Below, piece by piece: positions 30,381-38,138 of a stretch of DNA of 38,138 bases. The position numbers and the translations under genes are program-made. Location of the stretch: the IMG/VR virus record IMGVR_UViG_3300042191_000039, positions 1 through 38,138 of that record. One strand, 5' to 3'. The notes under the pieces were generated by a model that was not told the origin of the DNA, ran no database searches, and saw only the letters and a program-made list of their open reading frames with translations. Numbering within the stretch: the first letter of the stretch is position 1; the number at the start of each line of letters is the position of its first letter. This DNA comes from a virus. Lineage: Duplodnaviria > Caudoviricetes.

Positions 30381-30640
30381 CCCCGCCTACCCGCCCGCAG
30401 TCGCCGCTAGACGATGCGGCCGCCCAGGTCTGGGCGGAGCTGGAGCGGCTCCAAGGGTTCAGTGAGCGCGTGGCGAAGGGCCGAGCCCAGCTTGCCGCTG
30501 GCCAGCGCATTCCGCTCGACCCGGACCCCCTCCGCCCCGACGACGACCGCATCCCCCGCCATGAGCGGCGCGAGCGTCGGCGTGCCGGCTGCTCGATCTT
30601 CGTCCTGGCGGTCGTGGTGCTGTGGAGGTTGGGACGGTGA
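30377..30640 (+). CDS. Hypothetical protein with hydrophobic C-terminus
   Basis: GTGA overlaps at both ends. Confidence 0.5.
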   Translation: MTPPTRPQSPLDDAAAQVWAELERLQGFSERVAKGRAQLAAGQRIPLDPDPLRPDDDRIPRHERRERRRAGCSIFVLAVVVLWRLGR

Positions 30641-31203
30641 GCGGTTACCGGACCATCGTCGTTGACCCGCCGTGGCCGCAAAAGGGTGGTGGGTCTCTCA
30701 AAGGGCGGGAGGGCTTCCTTGATGCCGGCGGTCCGAGCCTGCCGATGCCGTACCGGACGATGTCGCTTGTTGACATCGCCGCGCTGAAACTTCCGGCGGC
30801 AGCCGACGCCCACGTCTACCTATGGACCACGAGCGGGTTTCTCTGGGAAGCGTTCGATGTGCTCCGGCTCTGGGGCGTCACGTACTCGACGACGCTCGTC
30901 TGGGCCAAAGCACCGATTGGGAACGGGCTGGGCGGCGCATACGGCATTGCGACGGAGTTCGTCCTGTACGGCCGGTTCGGCTCGCTGGCGCCGTTGCGAA
31001 GGGAGGGCCGCAACTGGTGGACATGGAAACGACCCTATGACGAGCGCGGCAAGCCGCGGCATAGCGCGAAGCCGCCCGAGTTCTACGCGATGGTCGAACA
31101 GGTGTCCCCGGGGCCGTACCTGGAGATGTTCGCTCGAGACTTCCGGCTCGGCTGGGATGCGTGGGGCGACGAAGCGCCGAACGCCGTGGACCTGCCCGCA
31201 TGA
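30637..31203 (+). CDS. MT-A70 family adenine methyltransferase
   Basis: TIVVDPPW, YRTMS, VYLWTT, LVWAK, TEFVL, HSAKP, YLEMFAR, GWDAWGDE. Confidence 0.92.
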   Translation: MSGYRTIVVDPPWPQKGGGSLKGREGFLDAGGPSLPMPYRTMSLVDIAALKLPAAADAHVYLWTTSGFLWEAFDVLRLWGVTYSTTLVWAKAPIGNGLGGAYGIATEFVLYGRFGSLAPLRREGRNWWTWKRPYDERGKPRHSAKPPEFYAMVEQVSPGPYLEMFARDFRLGWDAWGDEAPNAVDLPA

Positions 31204-31778
31204 CCCGCCGCATCCTCGTCCTCCTCGCCATCCTCTCCCTGTCGAGCCTCGTCGGAGTTGCGGCGCCGCAGGGAGCGCCGGAAGGTTCCCCCGCTTTTCG
31301 CAGCGGGTTGTCGTCGGCTTACGGTCCGGCGTCCGTCCATCCGGCTCTCCCTGGGGCGGCTCACCCCGTCCCGGCTCCCTCCTTGCCGGTAGCTCCCCTG
31401 GAGTTCGTAGCCGGAACGTCCGGCACGCCCGTACCGGCACTTGAAAGCGGCGTGTCGTCGACGATGACCGGCCTCGCCACCTGGTATGCCGCATCGGGTG
31501 ACATCGCCGCCGCGCCGTGGTGGAGATGGGGCGACGACCCGGAATGGGCGACCGTCTCGTATTTCCACGAAGGGCAGACGCTCAGCGTCACGGTCCTCGT
31601 CCAGGATCATTGCCAGTGCTTCGTAGGCACCCCTGACGAGCGGGCCATCGATCTTTCGGATGACGCCTTCCGTCAGCTCGCGCCGCTGGGCGTTGGGAGG
31701 ATCCGCGTGACCATCGAGATACCGGGACAGGGGCCGCGAGTCACCCTGCCACCCACCGACACAGGAGGAGACCGATGA
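31200..31778 (+). CDS. Secreted RlpA-like double-psi beta-barrel protein
   Basis: Signal peptide MTRRILVLLAILSLSSLVGVAA, Pro-rich linker, GLATWY, VLVQDHCQC, AIDLSDDAFRQLAPLGVGRIRV. Confidence 0.8.
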   Translation: MTRRILVLLAILSLSSLVGVAAPQGAPEGSPAFRSGLSSAYGPASVHPALPGAAHPVPAPSLPVAPLEFVAGTSGTPVPALESGVSSTMTGLATWYAASGDIAAAPWWRWGDDPEWATVSYFHEGQTLSVTVLVQDHCQCFVGTPDERAIDLSDDAFRQLAPLGVGRIRVTIEIPGQGPRVTLPPTDTGGDR

Positions 31779-32113
31779 CCACCTATCCGCGCCGAACGAT
31801 CGCTCTCGGCCCGCCCTACGACGATGGAACCTACTGGGAGGATGGTCAGATGAAGCGGCTCCCAAAGCGTGACGAACGGCTCACGGTGAGCGATATCTCG
31901 GAGTCCCTCTGGGTTGAGATGAACGCCTACGGGGTGAGGATGGAGGTGGACGAACAGGTCGCCATCGCACGCTCGATCCATCAGCACTCCCACCCCACCC
32001 CGACCAGCGATGCGATCAACCGCGCCTTCCGTGAGATCGGGTTGCACGCCCCGCGGGGACTCGCTATTGCGGTCCGCGGACGCCTCGATCGCCTTCATGG
32101 AGGCGAGCGATGA
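31775..32113 (+). CDS. Hypothetical protein
   Basis: AGGAGGAG RBS; ATGA coupling. Confidence 0.6.
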   Translation: MTTYPRRTIALGPPYDDGTYWEDGQMKRLPKRDERLTVSDISESLWVEMNAYGVRMEVDEQVAIARSIHQHSHPTPTSDAINRAFREIGLHAPRGLAIAVRGRLDRLHGGER

Positions 32114-32331
32114 CCAGGAGCGAGCCAGATGAGACGACGGCAATTCAAAAGCTCGCGGACCTGACCGTGGAGCACCGACGGCTGCGTGACTACGAGGTGA
32201 GTCGTCGCCCCGAAGGCTTGGCGGTTGGTGACTGGCATTGCAAATGCGGTTGGTTCGGCAACCACGGCTGGGAGGGCTACGCCGGCCATCTACAGGAAGT
32301 CATCCGGCTCGCTGCTGCGGCTCCCCGATGA
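32110..32331 (+). CDS. Small protein with H..C-x-CG..H motif
   Basis: EHR..WHCKCGW..YAGHLQE; GGAGG RBS. Confidence 0.6.
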   Translation: MTRSEPDETTAIQKLADLTVEHRRLRDYEVSRRPEGLAVGDWHCKCGWFGNHGWEGYAGHLQEVIRLAAAAPR

Positions 32332-32882
32332 CCCCCCGAGCACCGGCCAGTGAGCGAGAGGCGGCGCTGGAAAGCCTGCGCGCGTACATCAGCGACCACA
32401 CCAGCGGCGATGACCGCGAGTCGCTGCACACTTCCCTCGACCTGCTTGCCGCCCACCCCACCCCGCCACCGCCGCTACCGGATGAGGACTTGCCGGGATA
32501 CCGGGCGCCGTTCACCGGGCCGCTCGGCAGTCGCGGCGACCCGTCCGTTGATCTGCGACCCACCCCGCCACTGCCGCTGGACGTGGAGGCGCTGTACGAG
32601 GCGATGTGGAACGCCAGCAGCTTCAACCCGGCCTCGCAGTACGTGGACGTGAAACGTGTCGAGGTCCGCGAGTTCACGGAGACGGTCGCCGCTGAATACG
32701 CCCGCCTCCTCCCTGCCGCCACCCCATCACCGGACGCCGGGGAGCCGCAAGGCGATCAACCCGACCAAATCACGGTGCAAGGCCATATGTTCGTCCATGT
32801 CGCGGCCTGTCCCTGTCCTCGCATTCAAGGCGAGGTCGCTCGTCTCGCCGCGCAGAAAGGATCAACCGATGACGACCAGTGA
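32328..32882 (+). CDS. Mosaic hypothetical protein
   Basis: Shares linker and LDVE..YARL modules with the next gene. Confidence 0.55.
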   Translation: MTPRAPASEREAALESLRAYISDHTSGDDRESLHTSLDLLAAHPTPPPPLPDEDLPGYRAPFTGPLGSRGDPSVDLRPTPPLPLDVEALYEAMWNASSFNPASQYVDVKRVEVREFTETVAAEYARLLPAATPSPDAGEPQGDQPDQITVQGHMFVHVAACPCPRIQGEVARLAAQKGSTDDDQ

Positions 32883-33621
32883 GCTAGAGGCGGCGCTGCG
32901 AGAGGCGCTGGACAGCGAGGCGAGCCGGTTGGTTACACACCCCGACTGTCACTGGCACGACTCGGGCGAGGCTGACAAGGAAGGCCCCGTGCCTGCTAGT
33001 AGGTGCATTCCGGTCAGGGAGGCCATTCACTCGATGAATGTGCTTGCCGCCCTTGCCGGCCACCCCACCCCACCACCGCCGCTGGACGGCTGGATCGTTC
33101 CGGCGACCGCGAAAGGCGTGGCGATCAACGTGGACGAGTGGGGCCGCTCGCTCTACGTGTTCACGACAGACCGACCTCACCCTGACGCGGGCGCTATTGC
33201 CGTCTCGCGTCTCCCTGCCCCCACCCCATCACCGGACGCCGGGGAGCTACTCCGAGAAGTTCTGGCGTTGCTGGAAAGAGGCAAGCCATTCGAGGCACGA
33301 GCCTGTCTCCGCACCGCTATCCTCGACCGCTCGACGGCAGCACCGGGACTGGACGTGGAACGGCTGACGGAGGCGCTCTTCCAGATCCACCATGTGCTCC
33401 CGTGGCGCTGGTGGGACGGCGCGGACGTGACCGGCACGAGCGTCGAGTTCGCACGCGAGATTGCGCGCCAATACGCTCGCCTCGCCCCAGCCGAACCGAG
33501 CGCCCTCCACGGATTCACTTGCGGGCTCTGCCAATGGGGCCGGGACAGCGTTCACGAAGAGGCGGCGTACAGGGCGCACATGGCCCACGTTCACCCGTCA
33601 GCCGAACCGAGCGCTGAGTGA
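32869..33621 (+). CDS. Mosaic hypothetical protein with C-terminal C2H2-like motif
   Basis: AAAGGA RBS; FTCGLC..HMAHVH. Confidence 0.6.
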   Translation: MTTSELEAALREALDSEASRLVTHPDCHWHDSGEADKEGPVPASRCIPVREAIHSMNVLAALAGHPTPPPPLDGWIVPATAKGVAINVDEWGRSLYVFTTDRPHPDAGAIAVSRLPAPTPSPDAGELLREVLALLERGKPFEARACLRTAILDRSTAAPGLDVERLTEALFQIHHVLPWRWWDGADVTGTSVEFAREIARQYARLAPAEPSALHGFTCGLCQWGRDSVHEEAAYRAHMAHVHPSAEPSAE

Positions 33622-33707
33622 CCGCCCTCGTCGCCTTCCTGGGCTTCCTGGCCGGCACCGCGTTCGCCGGGGTCATCGCGTACGTCGAGCGGGCGCGTCG
33701 TGGGTGA
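33618..33707 (+). CDS. 29-aa membrane peptide (not in the ORF track)
   Basis: MTALVAFLGFLAGTAFAGVIAYVERARRG; GTGA coupling. Confidence 0.45.
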   Translation: MTALVAFLGFLAGTAFAGVIAYVERARRG

Positions 33708-33921
33708 ACGTGTTGTGAGACTACCGCCGTGCTATGACGGGAGGCGCCATCGCTGGAGGGTGCGTGGTATCTATTCCCAACGCGCCAACCTACCGGATGC
33801 GTGGCAGCGACACGGGCAGACGTATGACCGTTGGTGCGAACGATGTGGACGCTGGTATGCGCCGACCCTCGCTGCCGCCCGTGCCGCCCTAGCCCACCAG
33901 GAGGCCGGAACCGATGACTGA
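33700..33921 (+). CDS. Small Cys-containing hypothetical protein
   Basis: PPC..RHRW..WCERCG. Confidence 0.5.
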   Translation: MGERVVRLPPCYDGRRHRWRVRGIYSQRANLPDAWQRHGQTYDRWCERCGRWYAPTLAAARAALAHQEAGTDD

Positions 33922-34216
33922 ACCACGACTCCCGGAGTTCACGCAAGGTGATTGCGTCGCCGGCGACATGGACACCCACGAATGGCAGCCCCTCTCGTTC
34001 GTGTTCGAGACACAGCTACTCGACAAGGATGGCCGGGTCAACGTTCGACAGCCTGATATCGACGCCGGCCGGGTCTACTGCGTCTGCATGCGCTGCCACC
34101 AGCACACCTACATCGTCACGAAATGGGCTGGGTTCTTCCTCCCTGATCCGTGGGTTCTGCAGGCCGAAGATGACGACTCGAAGACCGCCCACCAGGAGGC
34201 CGGAGAGGAGCCGTGA
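33914..34216 (+). CDS. Zn-ribbon-like hypothetical protein
   Basis: AGGAGG RBS; C..HEWQP..VCMRC. Confidence 0.65.
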   Translation: MTEPRLPEFTQGDCVAGDMDTHEWQPLSFVFETQLLDKDGRVNVRQPDIDAGRVYCVCMRCHQHTYIVTKWAGFFLPDPWVLQAEDDDSKTAHQEAGEEP

Positions 34217-34497
34217 GCCGCAGCGTGAACCGTGGCGAATGGCGGGCCACATTCAGAGTCGAGGCGATCACGCTGGCTGAGCCGGAGGTCGATGGTTGGC
34301 TGGCCTACGATATCGTGCTCCGGCCGCTCGACAGGCGTGGACGCGTCAACGGGCGGACACGAAATCTCTCGACGCTGAAAGTCGGTGGGCCGCCGGAGTC
34401 TATGAGCCTTGCTGGTTTGGTGGTTGGTCGCAAGGCCGAGTTCGCCTATTGGGATGGGCCGGCCCCGACCAACCGCGCAGTCATCAGGCCCGCGTGA
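34213..34497 (+). CDS. Hypothetical protein
   Basis: GAGGAG RBS; GTGA coupling. Confidence 0.55.
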   Translation: MSRSVNRGEWRATFRVEAITLAEPEVDGWLAYDIVLRPLDRRGRVNGRTRNLSTLKVGGPPESMSLAGLVVGRKAEFAYWDGPAPTNRAVIRPA

Positions 34498-34697
34498 CCC
34501 CCACCGACCAGCCCACCCCCGCGGAACTCCGGGCGCTCCGGGCGTACCTCGCGTGCGGCTCTGTCCGGGATGCGGCGCGGTCGATCGGTCTCGCCGAGTC
34601 CACCGTCAAGGGCGAGTTAGCGTCCATCCGTACTAAAGTCGGAGCCCGGACCACGGCTCAAGTCGTGTTCCTGCTGCACGACAAACTCGTCGCCTAG
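34494..34697 (+). CDS. Stand-alone LuxR/GerE-type HTH regulator
   Basis: PTPAELRAL...SVRDAARSIGLAESTVKGELASIRTKVGARTTAQVV. Confidence 0.85.
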   Translation: MTPTDQPTPAELRALRAYLACGSVRDAARSIGLAESTVKGELASIRTKVGARTTAQVVFLLHDKLVA

Positions 34698-34799
34698 TAC
34701 CAAAGGCGGTAGCTAACCGCCGCGAGTCGGCGCACCCTAATCCCTGTGCGCGTTTGAGCAGCCGTTTCTCCGTGTCCAGAACCCATATCCGGCCAACTG

Positions 34800-35249
34800 G
34801 TGAGCGATGAGCATCCCGGCCGGCCACTTGCCGACGCGATCGGTCTTGGCTTTCAGACACTCATCGAAGGGCTCCGTGATGATGTCCGCGAGGACATCCG
34901 CGAGGTCAAGGTCGAACTCGGCAAGGTCGAGGAACGGGTGAGCGCACGGGTCGCCGCTGTCGATGTCGCGCAGCGCGATACCCGCGCCTACCTTGAGAGT
35001 TTCGCCAATGGCCACGGCGTCGAGCACGAGAAGGAAGCCGAGGAACGCCGCGCGACGCATGGCCTGTTCTACGACTTCATTCGCAAGGCCGAGCTCGACG
35101 CAGCGAGGCGCGACGGCGCGCTCGGGGTTGCCCGTTACAGCATCGAGCTGGTGTCAAAGCACGCCGGCCGGATCATCGCCATCCTCACGACGCTCGGCCT
35201 GTTGGGCGGACTCGCCAGCGGCAACATCTCGATCGGGATCGGGTCGTGA
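34800..35249 (+). CDS. Coiled-coil protein with C-terminal TM (lysis-region, holin-like candidate)
   Basis: Coiled coil followed by IIAILTTLGLLGGL. Confidence 0.55.
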   Translation: MSDEHPGRPLADAIGLGFQTLIEGLRDDVREDIREVKVELGKVEERVSARVAAVDVAQRDTRAYLESFANGHGVEHEKEAEERRATHGLFYDFIRKAELDAARRDGALGVARYSIELVSKHAGRIIAILTTLGLLGGLASGNISIGIGS

Positions 35250-35434
35250 CCACCGAGACGCGCCACGACCCCCGCGAGGCCGTCCTGCGCCGTCTGGCCG
35301 CCGCGTACGACAAGCACACCGAAGAGGAGCAGATCCTCGTCTACGAAGGCCGCTACGCCGAGGCTGAAGTCGCCCACGCGGTCTGCCTCGCCATCCTCCG
35401 GGCGTACAAGGCCGAAGACGGGCGGACCACATGA
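35246..35434 (+). CDS. Hypothetical protein
   Basis: 4-nt overlaps at both ends; high GC at third codon positions. Confidence 0.55.
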   Translation: MTTETRHDPREAVLRRLAAAYDKHTEEEQILVYEGRYAEAEVAHAVCLAILRAYKAEDGRTT

Positions 35435-35727
35435 CGGCGCCGGCGAGCTATCTAGGCTTCGAGAGCCCCGTGGTTGCGACGATACCGGCGCCGTTACTTC
35501 GTGGCGAGAGCCGGCCGACGGACCGGGAGTACGCGATCCTCGCCGCGGTGGTGCAGCACGCCGGCTATCGCGGGGCAGCCGAGGCGCTCGACGTGTCGAT
35601 CTATCGGGTCCGGGAGGTCTTGGAGCACCTGCGGGAATGGCACGGGGCGAGCACGACGACGCACCTTGCCGCGCTGGTCATGCGCGACGTGGGCGACATC
35701 TTCGGCGCTGAGTGGAGGGCCGCATGA
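35431..35727 (+). CDS. Second LuxR-like HTH protein
   Basis: PTDREYAIL..GYRGAAEALDVSIYRVREVLEHLREWHGASTTTHL. Confidence 0.65.
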   Translation: MTAPASYLGFESPVVATIPAPLLRGESRPTDREYAILAAVVQHAGYRGAAEALDVSIYRVREVLEHLREWHGASTTTHLAALVMRDVGDIFGAEWRAA

Positions 35728-35915
35728 ACTACCGCTACGGCCGCATCGTTTCCTGGCACATCGTCAAGGCCCCCACCCGCGTCGAGGGCCGCTACACGAC
35801 GTTGTGCGGACGCGAGGTCCAGGGCGACATCCTCGACGACCTGCGGCTGTCTGAGAAGTCGTGCGAGACCTGTACCCGGCTGGCGGTACGGCTGGCGGAC
35901 GGAGCGTCTGCCTGA
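35724..35915 (+). CDS. Small zinc-binding protein (WHI..TLCG..CxxC)
   Basis: GGAGG RBS; same motif as 25390-25593. Confidence 0.6.
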   Translation: MNYRYGRIVSWHIVKAPTRVEGRYTTLCGREVQGDILDDLRLSEKSCETCTRLAVRLADGASA

Positions 35916-36463
35916 TGGCCGCGTACGCCTTTGTCCATGCCGCTTTCGATGCCTACGGCGTCCGCAAGGCGCCGGCGCTTGCTCTCGTCACGCACATGGC
36001 CGAGGGCGGGAACACAGTCGGCTACCTGGCCCGCGACCCCAAGCGCGGCGTGTCCGTCCACTTCGTGATCCAGTACGACGGCGACATCATCCAGATGCTC
36101 AAGCTCGAGCGGATCTCCGGCTCGATCAATCCGGGCCTGTTGCGCCGATCCGATGACGCGCCGTTCGTCGGATACAACGGCGAGATGATCCGCTTCGGGG
36201 CCACCGCCCGAAAGGCCGTGCTCGGTGTGTGGGCGACCAACCCGAACCCGGCAGTCATCACGGTCGAGGTCGAGGGCTTCGCGCTCAAGGGGCCGAACCT
36301 TGCGCAGCGGAAGTCGCTGGTGCTCCTGTCGCGGGACCTCCGCAAGCGCCTGCCCACCCTCCGCGGCAACCTCGGCCACCGCGACTTCGCGGCCTACAAA
36401 CGCTGTCCAGGAAAGCTGGTCCCGTTCGCCAACATGGGCGGCCACGGGCTGTATTCGGACTAG
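35915..36463 (+). CDS. Endolysin, N-acetylmuramoyl-L-alanine amidase (Amidase_2 type)
   Basis: LVTHMAEG, VSVHFVIQYDGDIIQM, ITVEVEG, LGHRDF...KRCPG (His/His/Cys Zn ligands). Confidence 0.88.
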   Translation: MAAYAFVHAAFDAYGVRKAPALALVTHMAEGGNTVGYLARDPKRGVSVHFVIQYDGDIIQMLKLERISGSINPGLLRRSDDAPFVGYNGEMIRFGATARKAVLGVWATNPNPAVITVEVEGFALKGPNLAQRKSLVLLSRDLRKRLPTLRGNLGHRDFAAYKRCPGKLVPFANMGGHGLYSD

Positions 36464-36473
36464 GAGGAAAGAC

Positions 36474-36938
36474 ATGGCAGACCGTCGCGCAGTTCTCGAA
36501 GCCGCCATCGCCCGGCGCAAGGAATATCTCGTCAACCTGAACGCCCTCGACGACTACGAGGCCATCCGCCGATTCGAGGCCGAACTCGCGCTGCTCGATG
36601 CTGGTGGAGCCTCGATCTCGCAGATCCCCGGCCTTGCCGACGTGGACGAAGAGCTCCAGGACTACTGGCTGTCCAAGCTGGGCGGCGACTTCACCAACAC
36701 CGGCAACCCCGAGCCCGCCAAGTCGCTCGTGCAGTGGCGCGAGGTCGCCCGGACAGGTACGTACCTGCCGGCCCGCAACACCCTGACCCCCAACGGCGAC
36801 CCGACCCGCTACCCCATCCCACCGAACGACGCGGCGATCGGCCTCGCATGGGCCGAGGCATACGCCAAGGAAAGCGGCGTTACGGACGCGCAGATCGCGG
36901 CGGCCGAGGCCGAGCTCGCGGCCACCTACGGGCTCTGA
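36474..36938 (+). CDS. Hypothetical protein in the lysis cassette
   Basis: Strong AGGAGG RBS; ATG at 36474. Confidence 0.7.
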   Translation: MADRRAVLEAAIARRKEYLVNLNALDDYEAIRRFEAELALLDAGGASISQIPGLADVDEELQDYWLSKLGGDFTNTGNPEPAKSLVQWREVARTGTYLPARNTLTPNGDPTRYPIPPNDAAIGLAWAEAYAKESGVTDAQIAAAEAELAATYGL

Positions 36939-36941
36939 CCG

Positions 36942-37235
36942 ATGCAGACCCTCATCACCAAGGTGCGCGATCTCCTGCAGGGCGAGCCGCTGCGGGCCAT
37001 CGTCTACGGCGCGGGCGTCGTGATCTGGCTCACGATCAGCATCGCTAACGCGCTGGGCGTAACCCGCTTTGGACCGGAGATCAGCGTCGAGGATGCGTTG
37101 ACTCAGGCTACTGCGGCATCGGTGCTCCTGACCGAGATCGCGCGCCGCTTCACTTACTCCACGAACACCGTGGAGCGGGTCGCGGCGCAGGCGGCAGCGA
37201 CGGGCAGCCCGACCGTGACGATCCCGCCGCCATGA
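36942..37235 (+). CDS. Putative holin
   Basis: EPLRAIVYGAGVVIWL hydrophobic helices and IARRFTY tail; close to the endolysin. Confidence 0.6.
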   Translation: MQTLITKVRDLLQGEPLRAIVYGAGVVIWLTISIANALGVTRFGPEISVEDALTQATAASVLLTEIARRFTYSTNTVERVAAQAAATGSPTVTIPPP

Positions 37236-37342
37236 ACCTCCCTTCCTCGATCACTCAGGCCATCGTCTGGGCGATCGTCATCGTCGTCCTGGTCTGGGCG
37301 TTTCTGCAGGTCTGGCCGGTGCTGGTCGGGACGTTCACCTGA
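37232..37342 (+). CDS. 36-aa membrane protein (not in the ORF track)
   Basis: MNLPSSITQAIVWAIVIVVLVWAFLQVWPVLVGTFT; coupled at both ends. Confidence 0.55.
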   Translation: MNLPSSITQAIVWAIVIVVLVWAFLQVWPVLVGTFT

Positions 37343-37578
37343 TGGGACCGTACAAGTGCCCGGACTGCGGCGTCTGGTGGGCCGGTCTGGAGCATCGCTG
37401 CCATCAGGTAGCACCCTCTGTCGGGACGGTGCCGGTCGTATGGCCGGGCGTCCCCTACCCGATTGACACGAGCGGGTCTACTTCGCCGCGCTGTACGTGT
37501 GGCGAGTCATCCGCCATCGGAACACCGTATTGCCCGATCCACAACGTGACGATCATGTACACCGGTTGGTCAGCCTGA
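37342..37578 (+). CDS. Cys-rich hypothetical protein
   Basis: CPDC..HRC and CTC..CPIH. Confidence 0.55.
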   Translation: MGPYKCPDCGVWWAGLEHRCHQVAPSVGTVPVVWPGVPYPIDTSGSTSPRCTCGESSAIGTPYCPIHNVTIMYTGWSA

Positions 37579-37700
37579 TGGACACCCCCTTCGTCATCGC
37601 CATCCTCGCCGTCATCGCCGTAACGGGGCTCGACCTCGTGGTGTTCGCGGTGCTGGACTGGCGACGGCCGGCGACATCATTCACGTACAGGAGCCGATAG
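37578..37700 (+). CDS. Small membrane protein
   Basis: TGATG coupling; FVIAILAVIAVTGLDLVVFAVL. Confidence 0.5.
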   Translation: MDTPFVIAILAVIAVTGLDLVVFAVLDWRRPATSFTYRSR

Positions 37701-37706
37701 GTCGGT

Positions 37707-38072
37707 GTGGCCCTTCGTCCCTGCCTTTGCCGCCTTCTCGGCCACGGTCATGGACAGCCGTGTGGTGAGCCCACGCCTGCTACACGGTGCCCGGTCTGCC
37801 GAAGGCCGCTCGAGCGCGCGCACCATAACCGAGCCTACGACAGCCCAGCGTGGAGGCGGCTTCGTACCCGCATCCTCGCCGAGCATCGAGCCCGGTTCGG
37901 TGACTGGTGTCCAGGTGCAGAGGGCCATGCGTCGCACCAGTCGCGCGATCTCACGGTGGACCACACGTTGCCCCTTGTCGATGGCGGGGCGATGTTCGAT
38001 CGGTCGGGGCTCAGGGTCTTGTGCCGGTCGTGGAACGGTCGGCTGGGCGGGCTGAGGTCATGGCAACAGTGA
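37707..38072 (+). CDS. Terminase-associated HNH endonuclease
   Basis: LRPC..RCPVC, YDSPAWRRLR, LTVDHTLPLVDGG, LRVLCRSWN; directly upstream of terS on the circle. Confidence 0.82.
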   Translation: MALRPCLCRLLGHGHGQPCGEPTPATRCPVCRRPLERAHHNRAYDSPAWRRLRTRILAEHRARFGDWCPGAEGHASHQSRDLTVDHTLPLVDGGAMFDRSGLRVLCRSWNGRLGGLRSWQQ

Positions 38073-38107
38073 CCGCTCGTCAGTGCTCCGTAGTGGGTGG
38101 GTGGGGA

Positions 38108-38137
38108 GGATGTAAATCCCCGATCATCCCCCAGCAC
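38108..38137. repeat. Terminal direct repeat, right copy
   Basis: Identical to 1-30. Confidence 0.95.
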
Positions 38138-38138
38138 A

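Overview
This looks like a complete genome of about 38.1 kb from a high-GC, siphovirus-type tailed phage; the first 30 bp recur at 38108-38137, consistent with a circular assembly. On the + strand, in order, are: terminase small and large subunits, portal, scaffold, major capsid, head-tail connector, an inserted glycosyltransferase-methyltransferase-glycosyltransferase cassette, head closure, tail terminator, major tail protein, a frameshifting tail chaperone, an HK97-gp10-like protein, tape measure, tail tip proteins, a GT2-TPR glycosyltransferase and a Thr-rich collagen-like fibre. A minus-strand block carries a GT87-like membrane glycosyltransferase and an XRE repressor, divergent from a cro-like gene. 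Next come early/replication genes (HNH, YqaJ exonuclease, SSB-like protein, primase-polymerase/helicase, inverted-repeat origin candidate, RuvC-like resolvase, MT-A70 methylase, RlpA-like protein, many small ORFs), two LuxR-type HTH genes, the lysis genes and a packaging-type HNH. I found no integrase or partition genes. Highlights are (1) at least five 5' leaders in which a hairpin loop is complementary to sequence at the next ribosome-binding site, (2) four glycosyltransferases suggesting virion and host-surface glycosylation, with a shared C-terminal peptide on two of them, and (3) a repressor/cro switch with no integrase but a dif-like 28-mer. The host is unknown (probably a high-GC monoderm such as Actinomycetota or Chloroflexota; inference). 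All protein calls come from motif recognition and synteny, not database searches.
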